Shown here: positions 29,158-38,517 of the stretch, piece by piece
Layout: each line of letters opens with the position of its first letter
Position numbering within the stretch: the first letter of the stretch is position 1
DNA from: a virus
Lineage: Duplodnaviria; Heunggongvirae; Uroviricota; Caudoviricetes
Direction: 5' to 3' (one strand)
DNA length: 40,208 bases
Virus record (IMG/VR): IMGVR_UViG_2671180254_000014
The notes under the pieces: model-generated
What the model was told of the DNA's origin: nothing
The model's input: only the letters and a program-made list of their open reading frames with translations
Databases searched by the model: none
Program-made: the position numbers and the translations under genes

Positions 29158-29587
29158 TATTGCAATTGTGTGGGATCAGGGATGCGGTTCGCTGCAACTG
29201 AACGGTGCCGACCTGCTGACGGATGACAGTCTGCTGACGGCCGTTCTGATTTCGCTGTTTACTGACCGCCGGGCGCTGGCATCGGATGAAATCCCTGACG
29301 GTACGCGCGACCGCCGGGGATGGTGGGGAGACAGTTTTCGCCCGCGCCCCATTGGCTCCCGTCTGTGGCTTCTCAGCCGGGAAAAAACGCTGGCCTCGGT
29401 GATAAGCCGTGCCCGTGCTTACGCGGATGAGGCGCTGGGCTGGCTCAGTCAGGATGGCGTGGCGTCATCCGTGGTCTGTCATGCAGAACGTGTGGGACAC
29501 GCGCGGCTGGCGCTTTCGGTGCGCATAACCCTGCCTGATGGTTCAGTGAGGCCCATGATTTTTTATGCTGATCTTAAGGGGGAGTAA
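29150..29587 (+). CDS. baseplate protein (Mu gp46-like)
   Basis: ATG 29150 (MADIAIVWDQG...) inside ORF 29006..29587; coupled to gp45 stop. Confidence 0.65.
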   Translation: MADIAIVWDQGCGSLQLNGADLLTDDSLLTAVLISLFTDRRALASDEIPDGTRDRRGWWGDSFRPRPIGSRLWLLSREKTLASVISRARAYADEALGWLSQDGVASSVVCHAERVGHARLALSVRITLPDGSVRPMIFYADLKGE

Positions 29588-30669
29588 TGCCTTATCAGCC
29601 TTTACCGCTGGCACAGTTAATCACGCAGACACAGCAGGATATCAGCCAGCGCCTGCCCGGCTCGCAGCCGGGTGTGAATGAAACCACCCTGAATGCCATT
29701 GCTTACGCTCAGGCAGGGTTATCTGCTCAGGAGCATGAGCATCTGGCCTGGATTGCGCGTCAGATCATCCCGACCGAAGCCGATGAAGCCGAACTGCTGA
29801 AACACTGTGCATTCTGGGGCGTCATGCGTAAGCCTGCCTCTCGGGGGGACGGGCCGGTTCAGCTGATGCTGACCACGGATGCGGGGATCAAGGAAGGTGT
29901 GCTTCTCCAGCGAAGTGATGGCGTGGTTTACCGTATCACCACCTCCCTGACCGGTAAGGCCGGTACGCTGAATGTCAGTGTGGAAGCCGAAAGTGCCGGT
30001 CGTGCGGGGAATGCCCCGGCAGGGACAAAACTGACATTTATCACACCGCAGGCGGGGATCAACCAGACGGCCACGGTGACCGGAACGGGGATCACCGGTG
30101 GTGCGGATGTGGAAACCGTGCCGGAGCTGCTTTCCCGTCTGGTTTTCCGGGTGCAGAATCCACCGTCCGGCGGCACGCAGTATGATTTTGAACGCTGGGC
30201 GCGTGAAGTGCCGGGCGTGACGCGGGCATGGTGCCGCCCGGAATGGCCGCAGGCGGGCAGCGTGGGGGTAACGTTTGTTCAGGATAATAACCCGGATATT
30301 TTCCCCGGTGACGGTGATGTTCAGCGGGTGGCGGATTATATCCGCAGTCATGATGATCCGGCGACCGGCCAGCCTGTCGGACAGCCTCTGGGGCCGACGG
30401 TGACCGTGTTTAAACTGACCAATAAGCCGGTGCCCTTCAGCATCAGGATCATCCCGAAAACACCGGAGAATCAGGCGGCCGTAAAACAGGCGCTGACCGA
30501 CCTGTTGTATAACGAATCCCGGCCCGGCGGTCTGGTTCTGCCGTCGTCTTTCTGGCGGGCGGTGGCAGGGGTGAAAAATCTGGAGGATTTTGAAGTGCGC
30601 AGTCCGCTGACGTCAGTTCAGGCGGGAGACAGTGAGCTGCTGACGGTAGGAGAAATCACATGGCTGTAA
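29587..30669 (+). CDS. baseplate J-like protein (Mu gp47-like)
   Basis: 360-aa ORF, start overlaps previous stop. Confidence 0.8.
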   Translation: MPYQPLPLAQLITQTQQDISQRLPGSQPGVNETTLNAIAYAQAGLSAQEHEHLAWIARQIIPTEADEAELLKHCAFWGVMRKPASRGDGPVQLMLTTDAGIKEGVLLQRSDGVVYRITTSLTGKAGTLNVSVEAESAGRAGNAPAGTKLTFITPQAGINQTATVTGTGITGGADVETVPELLSRLVFRVQNPPSGGTQYDFERWAREVPGVTRAWCRPEWPQAGSVGVTFVQDNNPDIFPGDGDVQRVADYIRSHDDPATGQPVGQPLGPTVTVFKLTNKPVPFSIRIIPKTPENQAAVKQALTDLLYNESRPGGLVLPSSFWRAVAGVKNLEDFEVRSPLTSVQAGDSELLTVGEITWL

Positions 30670-31220
30670 CCCTGACCCCGCATCAGCGCGCCCTGTTGCA
30701 GTTACTGCCTGACGGGCTGGCATGGGACAAGCGTCCGTCATCCGTACTGGCATCATTATGTCTGGGCCTCAGTCATTCGACAGCGCGTGTATCCTGGACG
30801 GGTAAACAGCTGCTTGCCGAGCGTTTCCCTGACACGTCGCGCCTGCTGCTGGAAGACTGGGAGCGTTATCTCGGGCTTCCCGAGTGTGATATGGCCGGAG
30901 CCACCCTCACGGAGCGACAGCGTTATGCCGGAAATAAATACCGGATGAAGCCCTCGCTGAACCGTGAATTTTATATCCGGTTTGCGGCGGAGTTTGGTTA
31001 TCAGATTGACATTCAGCCCTCACCGGATTCGCAGTGGGTCAGTATTGTCACGATTAACAGTGAAACCGGCTACCGGAATATGAATGTGCTGGATGATATT
31101 CTCACGCCGCTGCGTATTTATGAAGGCGGTGCGCTGGAATGTATTCTGAACCGTTATAAGCCTGCATGGCAGACGTTTATTTACGTTTATGCAAACAGCC
31201 ATGAAGAGGAGACTATTTAA
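30660..31220 (+). CDS. tail protein (Mu gp48-like)
   Basis: 186-aa ORF between baseplate J and tail fibre. Confidence 0.7.
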   Translation: MAVTLTPHQRALLQLLPDGLAWDKRPSSVLASLCLGLSHSTARVSWTGKQLLAERFPDTSRLLLEDWERYLGLPECDMAGATLTERQRYAGNKYRMKPSLNREFYIRFAAEFGYQIDIQPSPDSQWVSIVTINSETGYRNMNVLDDILTPLRIYEGGALECILNRYKPAWQTFIYVYANSHEEETI

Positions 31221-32096
31221 TGTTTCATGTTGATAATAATTCCGGCGTGGCGAATATGCCTGCGCTGGCACCGGCGCAGAGTAATACCACCACCTGGTTT
31301 ACCGAAGGTGACGGACAAAAAGGTATCAGCTGGATTGGTCAGGACTGGCTGAATATTCTCCAGGCCGAACTGCTGAATATTCTGGCTGAAGCCAGTATTC
31401 AGCCGGATAAGGCGCAGTTAAACCAGCTTACGCTGTCCATTAAAGCCATTATCGCTGCGAATGCCTTTTCCCGGAAAAATAACCTGAAAGAAATTGCTGA
31501 TGCCGGTGCGGAGGCCCAGCGTCTGGCCCGTGGTTATCTTGGTCTGGGGACGCTTGCCACAAAAAACAGTCTTGGTCCCGCTGACGTTAATGCCCTGGCG
31601 AAGGATCAGAATCTCGCCGACCTGGAGAATAAGGGAACCGCCCGTAATAATCTGGATGTTTACAGNNNNNNNNNNNNNNNNNNNNNNNNNNNNNNNNNNN
31701 NNNNNNNNNNNNNNNNNNNNNNNNNNNNNNNNNNNNNNNNNNNNNNNNNNNNNNNNNNNNNNNNNNNNNNNNNNNNNNNNNNNNNNNNNNNNNNNNNNNN
31801 NNNNNNNNNNNNNNNNNNNNNNNNNNNNNNNNNNNNNNNNNNNNNNNNNNNNNNNNNNNNNNNNNNNNNNNNNNNNNNNNNNNNNNNNNNNNNNNNNNNN
31901 NNNNNNNNNNNNNNNNNNNNNNNNNNNGCCCGGAACATGGGAAAGCTGGGATCTGAATCTGGGGGGCGGCAATGTTCTTACCGGAATTAAAGTACAGGAT
32001 GTCGGTAAGAATACGGCAGATAACGTCGGCGGCGTGTATTACCGGCCGTTGCAGTATCTGTTAAATGGAGCATGGGTGACGGCTGCAAGTATATAA
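31220..32096 (+). CDS. tail fibre protein (constant N-terminal part plus currently joined variable C-terminus), interrupted by N-run
   Basis: N-terminal 148 aa to 31665, N-run 31666-31927, C-terminal 56 aa to TAA 32094-32096 in a different frame, so the gap length is not true. Confidence 0.65.
31531..31665 (+). repeat. left inverted repeat of invertible tail-fibre segment (at least 135 bp)
   Basis: Identical to the reverse complement of 33146-33280; ends at an N-run so true extent unknown. Confidence 0.85.
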
Positions 32097-32105
32097 TGAT
32101 ATTCA

Positions 32106-32123
32106 GAAGGCCTTCCGGCCTTC
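32106..32123 (+). terminator. candidate terminator hairpin after tail-fibre gene
   Basis: GAAGGCC-ttcc-GGCCTTC followed by TTTATTA; between convergent fibre and fibre-assembly genes. Confidence 0.4.
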
Positions 32124-32127
32124 TTTA

Positions 32128-32649
32128 TTACTGTGGCTGCTCAGGCCATTTAATGGCGTTAAATTCAGCTTCTGTTTTAATGGCGGGTAGTTCCATTTTC
32201 TTCACCTGACTGATGTATGCCATCCATTGGGTAAGTGCTGCTCTGTCTTCATCGCTGATGGTGCCCAGTTGTAGCTCCGTTCTCCAGTCATTAATTTTTT
32301 CATATGCCTGATTAAGATATGACTGGCGCATTGCTTCCAGTTTTCTTGCGTAGTTAACCGGAATACGGGAGATTATGCCATTATCAAACTTCCAGTTTCC
32401 TGAAATATCCGTGCCTTCAGGGAGTTCATCGACCTCAACCACAGAAAACCCCGCAGGATACAGCGCCGAGGCGTCCTGTGATATTGAGCAGATAACGCCG
32501 CTGTCAGGTGTTATGCAAAGTTTATATTTTTTGGTGAATAATGGCAGGGATTCGTAGAAATCCTTACCATCTTCACTCTGGAAATACTGAACATTATTAC
32601 CATATGGCATATTTTCAGGATAATAACGGGTTATATTTTTTAGTTCCAT
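32128..32649 (-). CDS. tail fibre assembly protein (Mu U/U'-like)
   Basis: 173-aa minus-strand ORF directly downstream of the alternate fibre C-terminus on the same strand. Confidence 0.75.
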   Translation of the reverse strand: MELKNITRYYPENMPYGNNVQYFQSEDGKDFYESLPLFTKKYKLCITPDSGVICSISQDASALYPAGFSVVEVDELPEGTDISGNWKFDNGIISRIPVNYARKLEAMRQSYLNQAYEKINDWRTELQLGTISDEDRAALTQWMAYISQVKKMELPAIKTEAEFNAIKWPEQPQ

Positions 32650-32700
32650 AAAATCCTCCTGGAAATAAATCTGTTTTAAAATATATTATTTACTGACTAT

Positions 32701-33280
32701 TTATAACTGAGATACCGTAATCCATGTACCTCCGACTAATTTTTGCAGGGGTCTGAATGCTATAAAATCGTTTGAAGCATCAACTTTACTGTCAATCTGC
32801 AGGCCTGCCATAACATTACCGTACGCAGAGTAATATGCCCCACCGTACATTACCTGCCTGTTCTCTGCTCCCAGCCTGATATCCTGGATATATCGGGAAT
32901 CCGCATCCTGCTGTGTTATACCAGAAGTGATGTTTATGTCCTGCGTCCCGTCAAAGGGAACCCCATTAATATTTCTTGGGGTGGCGAGTCTATTCGCGGC
33001 AACGGCGGTGCCGTCCGATGGCAGAGCATTCGCCGCCCTGTTTACCGTTTCCCGTAAACCGACGTTATCGATAAAAGCCCCTTTATCCGGAATGTCTGCG
33101 CCGTTCTGCTCCCTGCGCAGGTAACGGTTATCACCTTCGCTTTTGCTGTAAACATCCAGATTATTACGGGCGGTTCCCTTATTCTCCAGGTCGGCGAGAT
33201 TCTGATCCTTCGCCAGGGCATTAACGTCAGCGGGACCAAGACTGTTTTTTGTGGCAAGCGTCCCCAGACCAAGATAACCA
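32701..33280 (-). CDS. alternate tail-fibre variable C-terminal segment (S'-like), 5' end in N-run
   Basis: Hand translation of minus strand from 33280: [44 protein letters not shown] (identical to residues 105-148 of the plus-strand fibre) then a divergent ~149 aa ending ...[10 protein letters not shown], stop at 32701-32703; not in ORF track because it lacks an ATG. Confidence 0.7.
33146..33280 (-). repeat. right inverted repeat of invertible tail-fibre segment
   Basis: Reverse complement identical to 31531-31665; abuts N-run 33281-33331. Confidence 0.85.
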
Positions 33281-33331
33281 NNNNNNNNNNNNNNNNNNNN
33301 NNNNNNNNNNNNNNNNNNNNNNNNNNNNNNN

Positions 33332-33834
33332 GTGCAGGATGTGAGCTGTTTTTCGAAGACAGAATAAGCGGTAAGACAAGGGAGCGTCCCGGACTTAAAC
33401 GCGCATTAAAGCGACTCCGGCCAGGGGATACCCTGCTGGTCTGGAAACTGGATCGCCTTGGACGCAGTATGCAGCACCTTGTCCTTTTAACAGAAGAACT
33501 CCGGCAACGCGGCGTTAACTTCCGCAGCATTACGGACAATATTGATACATCCACTCCCATGGGACGTTTCTTTTTCCATATAATGGGCGCGCTGGCGGAA
33601 ATGGAGCGGGAACTCATTATTGAACGTACACGCGCGGGTCTTGCTGCTGCCCGTGCTCAGGGGCGTCATGGCGGCAGACCTCAGAAACTGACAGAGAAAG
33701 AGCGGGAGCAAATCGCCCGTTTGCTGGCTAATGGCGAGTCCCGTAAACAAATCGCACTGATATTTGATATTGGCCTTTCCACCCTTTATCGTTATTTTCC
33801 TGCCTCACCAGCTCCGTCACCAAAAGTACCGTGA
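33332..33834 (+). CDS. gin: serine DNA invertase (Gin/Hin/Pin/Cin family), N-terminus lost in N-run
   Basis: In-frame translation from 33334 gives ...ELFFEDRISGKTRERPGLKRALKRLRPGDTLLVWKLDRLGRSMQHL... then GALAEMERELIIERT... and a C-terminal helix-turn-helix; catalytic Ser region falls in the gap. Confidence 0.85.
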
Positions 33835-33919
33835 CGCTTTTTTGAATTTCCGCAAAACACATATTTTTCAGCGGTCGCTATTCTGACTCTGTTTAATTCA
33901 GAAACAGGCAGAAAAGACG

Positions 33920-35974
33920 ATGTCAGACTCCAAGTGGAAAATGCTCTCCGCCATGCCCGGAGAGTTTTCAGTCAAGGTTGCCGGTGGCACGGTGGCATTT
34001 ATTGAAAGCCCTTTCCGCCCTTCGGGTAATAAAGGGGGGATCACCTTCGCAGACTGCGTGATCCGCTTCAGCACGAAAGAGCCATTATGGGTAATGCCGG
34101 TATCCGGTAATCCCAGTGCAGAAATCACCAGTTCAGGCGTGACTGGCATCATTCCAATCACATCTGACGTGGCCGGAACGCTCACGCCCTCCGACTGGAA
34201 TGCACCGGATAACGCCGGGCCTTCCGGTAGCACGAATGGCAGCAGTTCAGAGCCGGAATATTACTTTGTTGTCATTCTCGCGGGTCAGTCAAATGGCATG
34301 GCCTACGGCGAGGGGCTGCCGTTACCGGATTCGTTTGACCGCCCGGACCCACGCATTAAGCAACTGGCACGCCGCAGTACGGTAACGCCCAACGGTACGT
34401 CGTGTACATACAACGACATCATTCCGGCAGACCACTGCCTGCATGATGTTCAGGATATGAGCGGGATAAACCACCCGAAAGCTGATCTGGCAAAAGGCCA
34501 GTACGGGACTGTCGGTCAGGGGTTGCATATTGCCAAAAAACTGCTTCCCTATATCCCACAGAATGCCGGGATACTTCTGGTGCCCTGTTGTCGTGGCGGG
34601 TCAGCATTCACCACTGGAGCCGACGGCTCATTCAGTGAGGCCAGCGGTGCTTCCGCTGATTCTTCACGCTGGGGGGCCGGTAAACCTCTGTATCAGGACC
34701 TGGTAAGCCGCACCAAAGTCGCGCTGGCGAAAAACCCGAAAAACAAACTTCTGGCTGTGGTCTGGATGCAGGGAGAGGCAGACCTTGCCTCAGGAAGCCA
34801 GCAGCATAATAGTTTATTCACGGCCATGGTTCAGCAGTTCAGAACTGACCTGGCTCCGCTTGCTGCGCAGTGCGTGAGTGGAAATGCCACCACGGTGCCG
34901 TGGATTTGCGGTGATACCACGTATTACTGGAAAAACGCTGGCACCGATAAATATGAGGCAGTATACGGTGGCTACAAAGGCAAGGAAGCACAGAAAATTT
35001 TCTTTGTACCGTTCCTGACGGATGAGAATGGACAGAGCACGCCAACGAATGCTCCGGCGGAAGACCCGGATATTGTGGCTGTCGGGTATTACGGTGCAGC
35101 ATCCCGAACCCAGGGCAGTTTTGTTTCGACACAGCGTGACAGCCATTTCAGCTCATGGGCACGCAGGGGCGTCATTTCAGACCGTCTGGCCTCAGCTATT
35201 ATGCTCCATGCAGGGCGCACGGCTGAACTGATGCGCGGGCAGACCGTGACACCACCGGATGAGAAGCCGTCACCTGATACACCATCAAAACCGTCCACGC
35301 CACCCGCAGACACCACGACGATGAGTACGCTATTTGCTTACCGGGCATCTGAGTCTGAAGGACGGTTGACACCACAGGGTTGGGCTGCCGGAGGTGGCAA
35401 GGCTCAAATCGTGGATGATGCCGGAGCCAGCGGGGGTAAGGCAATGAAACTGACCAAGGAAACAGGAAGAGCCCCCTGGTACCTTGAGCATGATGCTGGT
35501 AATGGTGCGGACCTGCTGGGTAAAGGTGGTCTTGTCAGTTGTCGTTTTAAACTCGATGGCGCGCTTACGGCTAATCAGTACGCACTGGCGCTGTACTGGC
35601 CGGTTTCTGCCCTGCCGCAAGGGGTTACTCTGGAAGGAAATGCCGGTCATAACCTGCTGGCATCGTTCTACGTACAGAGCGATGCCACAGACCTTAACGT
35701 GATGTATCACAAAGGAAACACGGCGCAGAACACGAAGCTGGGGTCATTCGGCGCATTTAATAACGAATGGCATACGCTGGGCTTCCGTTTTGCCGGTAAC
35801 AACAGTATTGAGGTGACGCCGGTCATTGATGGTAAGGACGGGACACCATTCATGCTGTCGCAGTCTCCGGTCGGCACGTTTACGGCAGACAAGTTGCGCG
35901 TGACCGATATCACTAAAAATGCGACTTACCCGGTACTGATTGACAGTATCGTGGTGGAAGTGAATAACGCGTAA
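33920..35974 (+). CDS. SASA/SGNH-type carbohydrate esterase (sialate O-acetylesterase-like) with C-terminal beta-sandwich-like domain
   Basis: 684-aa ORF; GQSN motif at residues 122-125 (YYFVVILAGQSNGMAYGEG) and downstream WMQGEAD block; Ser/Pro/Thr-rich linker then ~200-aa Gly/Asn-rich C-terminal domain. Confidence 0.55.
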   Translation: MSDSKWKMLSAMPGEFSVKVAGGTVAFIESPFRPSGNKGGITFADCVIRFSTKEPLWVMPVSGNPSAEITSSGVTGIIPITSDVAGTLTPSDWNAPDNAGPSGSTNGSSSEPEYYFVVILAGQSNGMAYGEGLPLPDSFDRPDPRIKQLARRSTVTPNGTSCTYNDIIPADHCLHDVQDMSGINHPKADLAKGQYGTVGQGLHIAKKLLPYIPQNAGILLVPCCRGGSAFTTGADGSFSEASGASADSSRWGAGKPLYQDLVSRTKVALAKNPKNKLLAVVWMQGEADLASGSQQHNSLFTAMVQQFRTDLAPLAAQCVSGNATTVPWICGDTTYYWKNAGTDKYEAVYGGYKGKEAQKIFFVPFLTDENGQSTPTNAPAEDPDIVAVGYYGAASRTQGSFVSTQRDSHFSSWARRGVISDRLASAIMLHAGRTAELMRGQTVTPPDEKPSPDTPSKPSTPPADTTTMSTLFAYRASESEGRLTPQGWAAGGGKAQIVDDAGASGGKAMKLTKETGRAPWYLEHDAGNGADLLGKGGLVSCRFKLDGALTANQYALALYWPVSALPQGVTLEGNAGHNLLASFYVQSDATDLNVMYHKGNTAQNTKLGSFGAFNNEWHTLGFRFAGNNSIEVTPVIDGKDGTPFMLSQSPVGTFTADKLRVTDITKNATYPVLIDSIVVEVNNA

Positions 35975-35986
35975 GCAGGATAAAAA

Positions 35987-36019
35987 AATGCCGCCGGTAA
36001 GGGAAAACAAGAAACCGGC
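35987..36019 (-). terminator. hairpin with T-run on minus strand (GCCGCCGGT...ACCGGCGGC)
   Basis: 9-bp GC-rich inverted repeat with 15-nt loop just after esterase stop; flanked by A-runs on plus strand, so T-run follows on minus strand. Confidence 0.3.
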
Positions 36020-36118
36020 GGCAAAAAGATCGTTATATCCAAAGCAAAAAATGCAGTGCACCTTTTTACCTAACAGATATTACCGGTGTCAACACCATGT
36101 CAATAATTGGGAGGGATA

Positions 36119-36301
36119 ATGACATTTTTACAGCTTATTTTATTGTATTTCTGCACGGCAGTATGTGCGTTATATCTGGTGAGTGGTGGTTATAAGGCCA
36201 TCAGAAATTATGTTCGCCGCAAAATTGAGGACGCAGCAGCTGAAAAACTCAGTAAAACAGCGCAGGTAACTCCGCTCCCAAAAGACCCGACCCAGCCCTG
36301 A
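36119..36301 (+). CDS. small membrane protein (60 aa)
   Basis: GGGAGGG RBS 4-5 nt before ATG 36119; one N-terminal transmembrane helix then a basic tail. Confidence 0.4.
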   Translation: MTFLQLILLYFCTAVCALYLVSGGYKAIRNYVRRKIEDAAAEKLSKTAQVTPLPKDPTQP

Positions 36302-36336
36302 TTGCAGGGCTTTATTCCCGCATAAGGAGGATATAC

Positions 36337-36591
36337 ATGCCAGAAATTAAAGGCACCGTCACTGAAGACCTGGTAAAACAGGCACTGTATTCCGGTGAAG
36401 TAAATAAGTTGCTGAAAGCGCAGGTCCGCAAGGATTTTGAGGCACAAATCGACACTTACGTTGATGAAGTGCTGGCAAAACTTATTGGGCCAGCAGTTGC
36501 GGCCAGTGATGCTGATAATGAGCCGAAAACCGACGCGCAGCCAGAGCAACCAGACCCGGCTCAGCCCGGAACTGACAGTACCATGATGTAA
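36337..36591 (+). CDS. hypothetical protein with acidic Pro-rich C-terminus
   Basis: 84-aa ORF with AAGGAGG RBS 7 nt upstream of ATG. Confidence 0.5.
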   Translation: MPEIKGTVTEDLVKQALYSGEVNKLLKAQVRKDFEAQIDTYVDEVLAKLIGPAVAASDADNEPKTDAQPEQPDPAQPGTDSTMM

Positions 36592-36758
36592 CAATACAAA
36601 CCGGTGGTGTCCTCTGCCGGTTTGACACTAATGAAAACATCTTTGCCGCTATCCAGCCATATGTAATCGCTGGATAGTATTTCGTATTCAGAAATATAGC
36701 TGCTTATGGAGCAGTCAATCCTGCTTCCCCATCCGGGCAGGCAAATGAACCGGTATCA

Positions 36759-37052
36759 TTAGTCCGATTCACGCTTTTGTAGAATCGTTCCCAGAATGCT
36801 ATACAGCTCATTAGCCTGTTGCTCCATCATTGAGACGGAGGCTATACGGTGCAAAGTGATTTCAGGAGGTGGCACACCTCCATCTTCTTGCTGTGGAGGA
36901 AAAACATAAGATTTAATAAAAAAGTTGAAGCATATGAACTCTCCCGCACTCGAACTGTATTTGCAGGCATCTGAATAATCGGAAAAATAATCATTATAGA
37001 TTTCCGCATTTTCAATCATTTTTCGATTTCTCGTCGTTACATGATTGTCCAT
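36759..37052 (-). CDS. hypothetical protein in AT-rich segment, reverse strand
   Basis: 97-aa minus-strand ORF with TAAGAGG RBS; AT-rich composition unlike surrounding phage genes; convergent with the two small plus-strand ORFs. Confidence 0.45.
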   Translation of the reverse strand: MDNHVTTRNRKMIENAEIYNDYFSDYSDACKYSSSAGEFICFNFFIKSYVFPPQQEDGGVPPPEITLHRIASVSMMEQQANELYSILGTILQKRESD

Positions 37053-37244
37053 AGCAGCCTCTTACGCTGGCAATTAACCAATTGACTTCTATAAATTAGT
37101 TGATTTGTTTGCTTTGCGGTATTCAAATGTACAATCATTCAGCACTTATGCGTTACAGCACCGTTTAAAATTAGTGATCAAACTCATAAATTTTCGCTAA
37201 TGACATTTCGTGTTATTTGTTGTATCAATTAAATAAATCAAATC

Positions 37245-37261
37245 GATCGTTTTTGTCGATC
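37245..37261. promoter_or_regulatory. paired TCGATCG (Dam GATC) sites upstream of com-mom
   Basis: GATC at 37245-37248 and 37258-37261 (13 bp apart), ~50-65 bp upstream of com ATG; a third GATC at 37176-37179; Mu mom is regulated through upstream GATC methylation. Confidence 0.4.
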
Positions 37262-37308
37262 GATTGAGTGATAAAGATATCAACAACAAAGCAGGAGGTT
37301 ATGCGGCC

Positions 37309-37509
37309 ATGTATCGAAACATACGGTGCCGACATTGTAACAAGCTACTGGCACGAGCCAGCTTCAGTTATCTGGAAGTTAAATGTCCGCGCTGTAAAAC
37401 CCTCAATCAAATCACATCTCAGAGCGCCACAGAGCACCCCACATACACAAGGAAATCCTGTCGTGGGGAACAGAAAGCAAGTTACATCCCGTATCATCAG
37501 CACGCCTGA
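37309..37509 (+). CDS. com: Com, zinc-finger translational activator of mom
   Basis: [26 protein letters not shown] closely parallels Mu Com as I recall it (IRCKNCNKLL...RCPRCK); GCAGGAGG RBS; ATG 37309 inside ORF 37264..37509. Confidence 0.8.
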   Translation: MYRNIRCRHCNKLLARASFSYLEVKCPRCKTLNQITSQSATEHPTYTRKSCRGEQKASYIPYHQHA

Positions 37510-38200
37510 ACTTATTCACTATAACGACAATATCGTCGGTTATGGCTCCCGTGAGTTACGGGTTGAGACAATAAGTTGCTGGCTGGCCCGGCTGGTCGTC
37601 GTCAATAAACATTACAGCCATCGTTTCGTAAATAATTCCTACCTTCATCTGGGCATATTTTCAGAACGGGAGCTGGTTGGCGTAATGCAATGGGGTTATG
37701 CCCTTAATCCAAACAATGGTGCACGCGTCGTAACTGGCACGCAGAACCGCGAATATATGGAGCTTAACCGGTTATGGCTGCATGACTGTATGCCGAGAAA
37801 CTCCGAATCAAGGGCAATCAGTTACGCGCTCAAACTAATCAGACAACTTTATCCGCAGGTGCAGTGGGTTCAGTCGTTTGCAGATGAGCGTTGTGGCTGT
37901 CTTGGTGTCGTGTACCAGGCAAGCAATTTTGATTATGTAGGCAGTCATGAAACAACATTCTATGAACTTGATGGCGAGTGGTATCACGAGATTTGCAAGA
38001 ATGCAATCAAACGAGGAGGACAGCGAGGTGAACATCTGCGGGCTAATATCGACAGAGCCAGTGTTCATAAATTCCGTCAGTTTCGTTACATCCGGTTTCT
38101 GGACAAGAGAGCCAGAAAACGCCTTAACACAAAGCTATTCAAAGTCCAGCCTTACCCAAAACCACAAACAGTTAAAACTGGTTTGAAAGAGAGTGAATGA
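37463..38200 (+). CDS. mom: Mom-like DNA modification protein; start codon uncertain
   Basis: ORF 37268..38200 overlaps com 3' end in another frame as in Mu; GTG 37463 preceded by AAGGAAA is the only plausible start near the com stop; identity rests on synteny with com. Confidence 0.65.
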   Translation: MGNRKQVTSRIISTPELIHYNDNIVGYGSRELRVETISCWLARLVVVNKHYSHRFVNNSYLHLGIFSERELVGVMQWGYALNPNNGARVVTGTQNREYMELNRLWLHDCMPRNSESRAISYALKLIRQLYPQVQWVQSFADERCGCLGVVYQASNFDYVGSHETTFYELDGEWYHEICKNAIKRGGQRGEHLRANIDRASVHKFRQFRYIRFLDKRARKRLNTKLFKVQPYPKPQTVKTGLKESE

Positions 38201-38332
38201 ACGCTTAAAAACTCATTCTAAAACTCAAAAGAAAAGCGCCGATTTAGTATCAAATAAGTTGCGTATCGGTGTTTTTCAGCGGTATCAAATGAAATGCAAA
38301 TCGGTATCAAAAAAATCGCCGCGCTATAATCA

Positions 38333-38517
38333 ACGCCACGGGGTTACGCCATGTCTGGCATTTACGCTGTACGGACACCTTAAAAGGTCCTTTACTGGAA
38401 AGTTATGAAATCTGCCCAATACCGGAAGTGGTGCTGGCAGCGCCAGAAGATTTGGTCGACTCTGCGCAGCGGCTTAGCGAGGTATGTCAGTGGCTGGCGG
38501 AAGCTGCACCGACGTAA
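38333..38517 (+). pseudogene. hyaF: 3' fragment of host hyaF (hydrogenase-1 operon), interrupted by the prophage
   Basis: Frame ending TAA 38515-38517 translates ...INATGLRHVWHLRCTDTLKGPLLESYEICPIPEVVLAAPEDLVDSAQRLSEVCQWLAEAAPT, matching my recalled HyaF C-terminus; lies directly upstream of appC; not in ORF track because it has no start codon. Confidence 0.55.

Larger units (their letters stand above)
1..38332. mobile_element. Mu-like transposable prophage (right ~38.3 kb; left end outside window)
   Basis: Colinear Mu gene order from ner/A/B through gin/com/mom; right end estimated at 38328-38333 where sequence switches to a host hyaF-like reading frame; GTATCAAA-type direct repeats near the end. 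Confidence 0.8.

Noticed and set aside
33042-33617. 191-aa minus-strand ORF spanning the N-run, antisense to the invertase
   Set aside because: It bridges an N-run (translated as X), is antisense to the recognisable Gin-family invertase, and clashes with the alternate fibre segment in a different minus frame.
38193-38408. 71-aa plus-strand ORF after mom
   Set aside because: It crosses the inferred prophage-host junction and is out of frame with the hyaF-like reading frame; likely a chance ORF.
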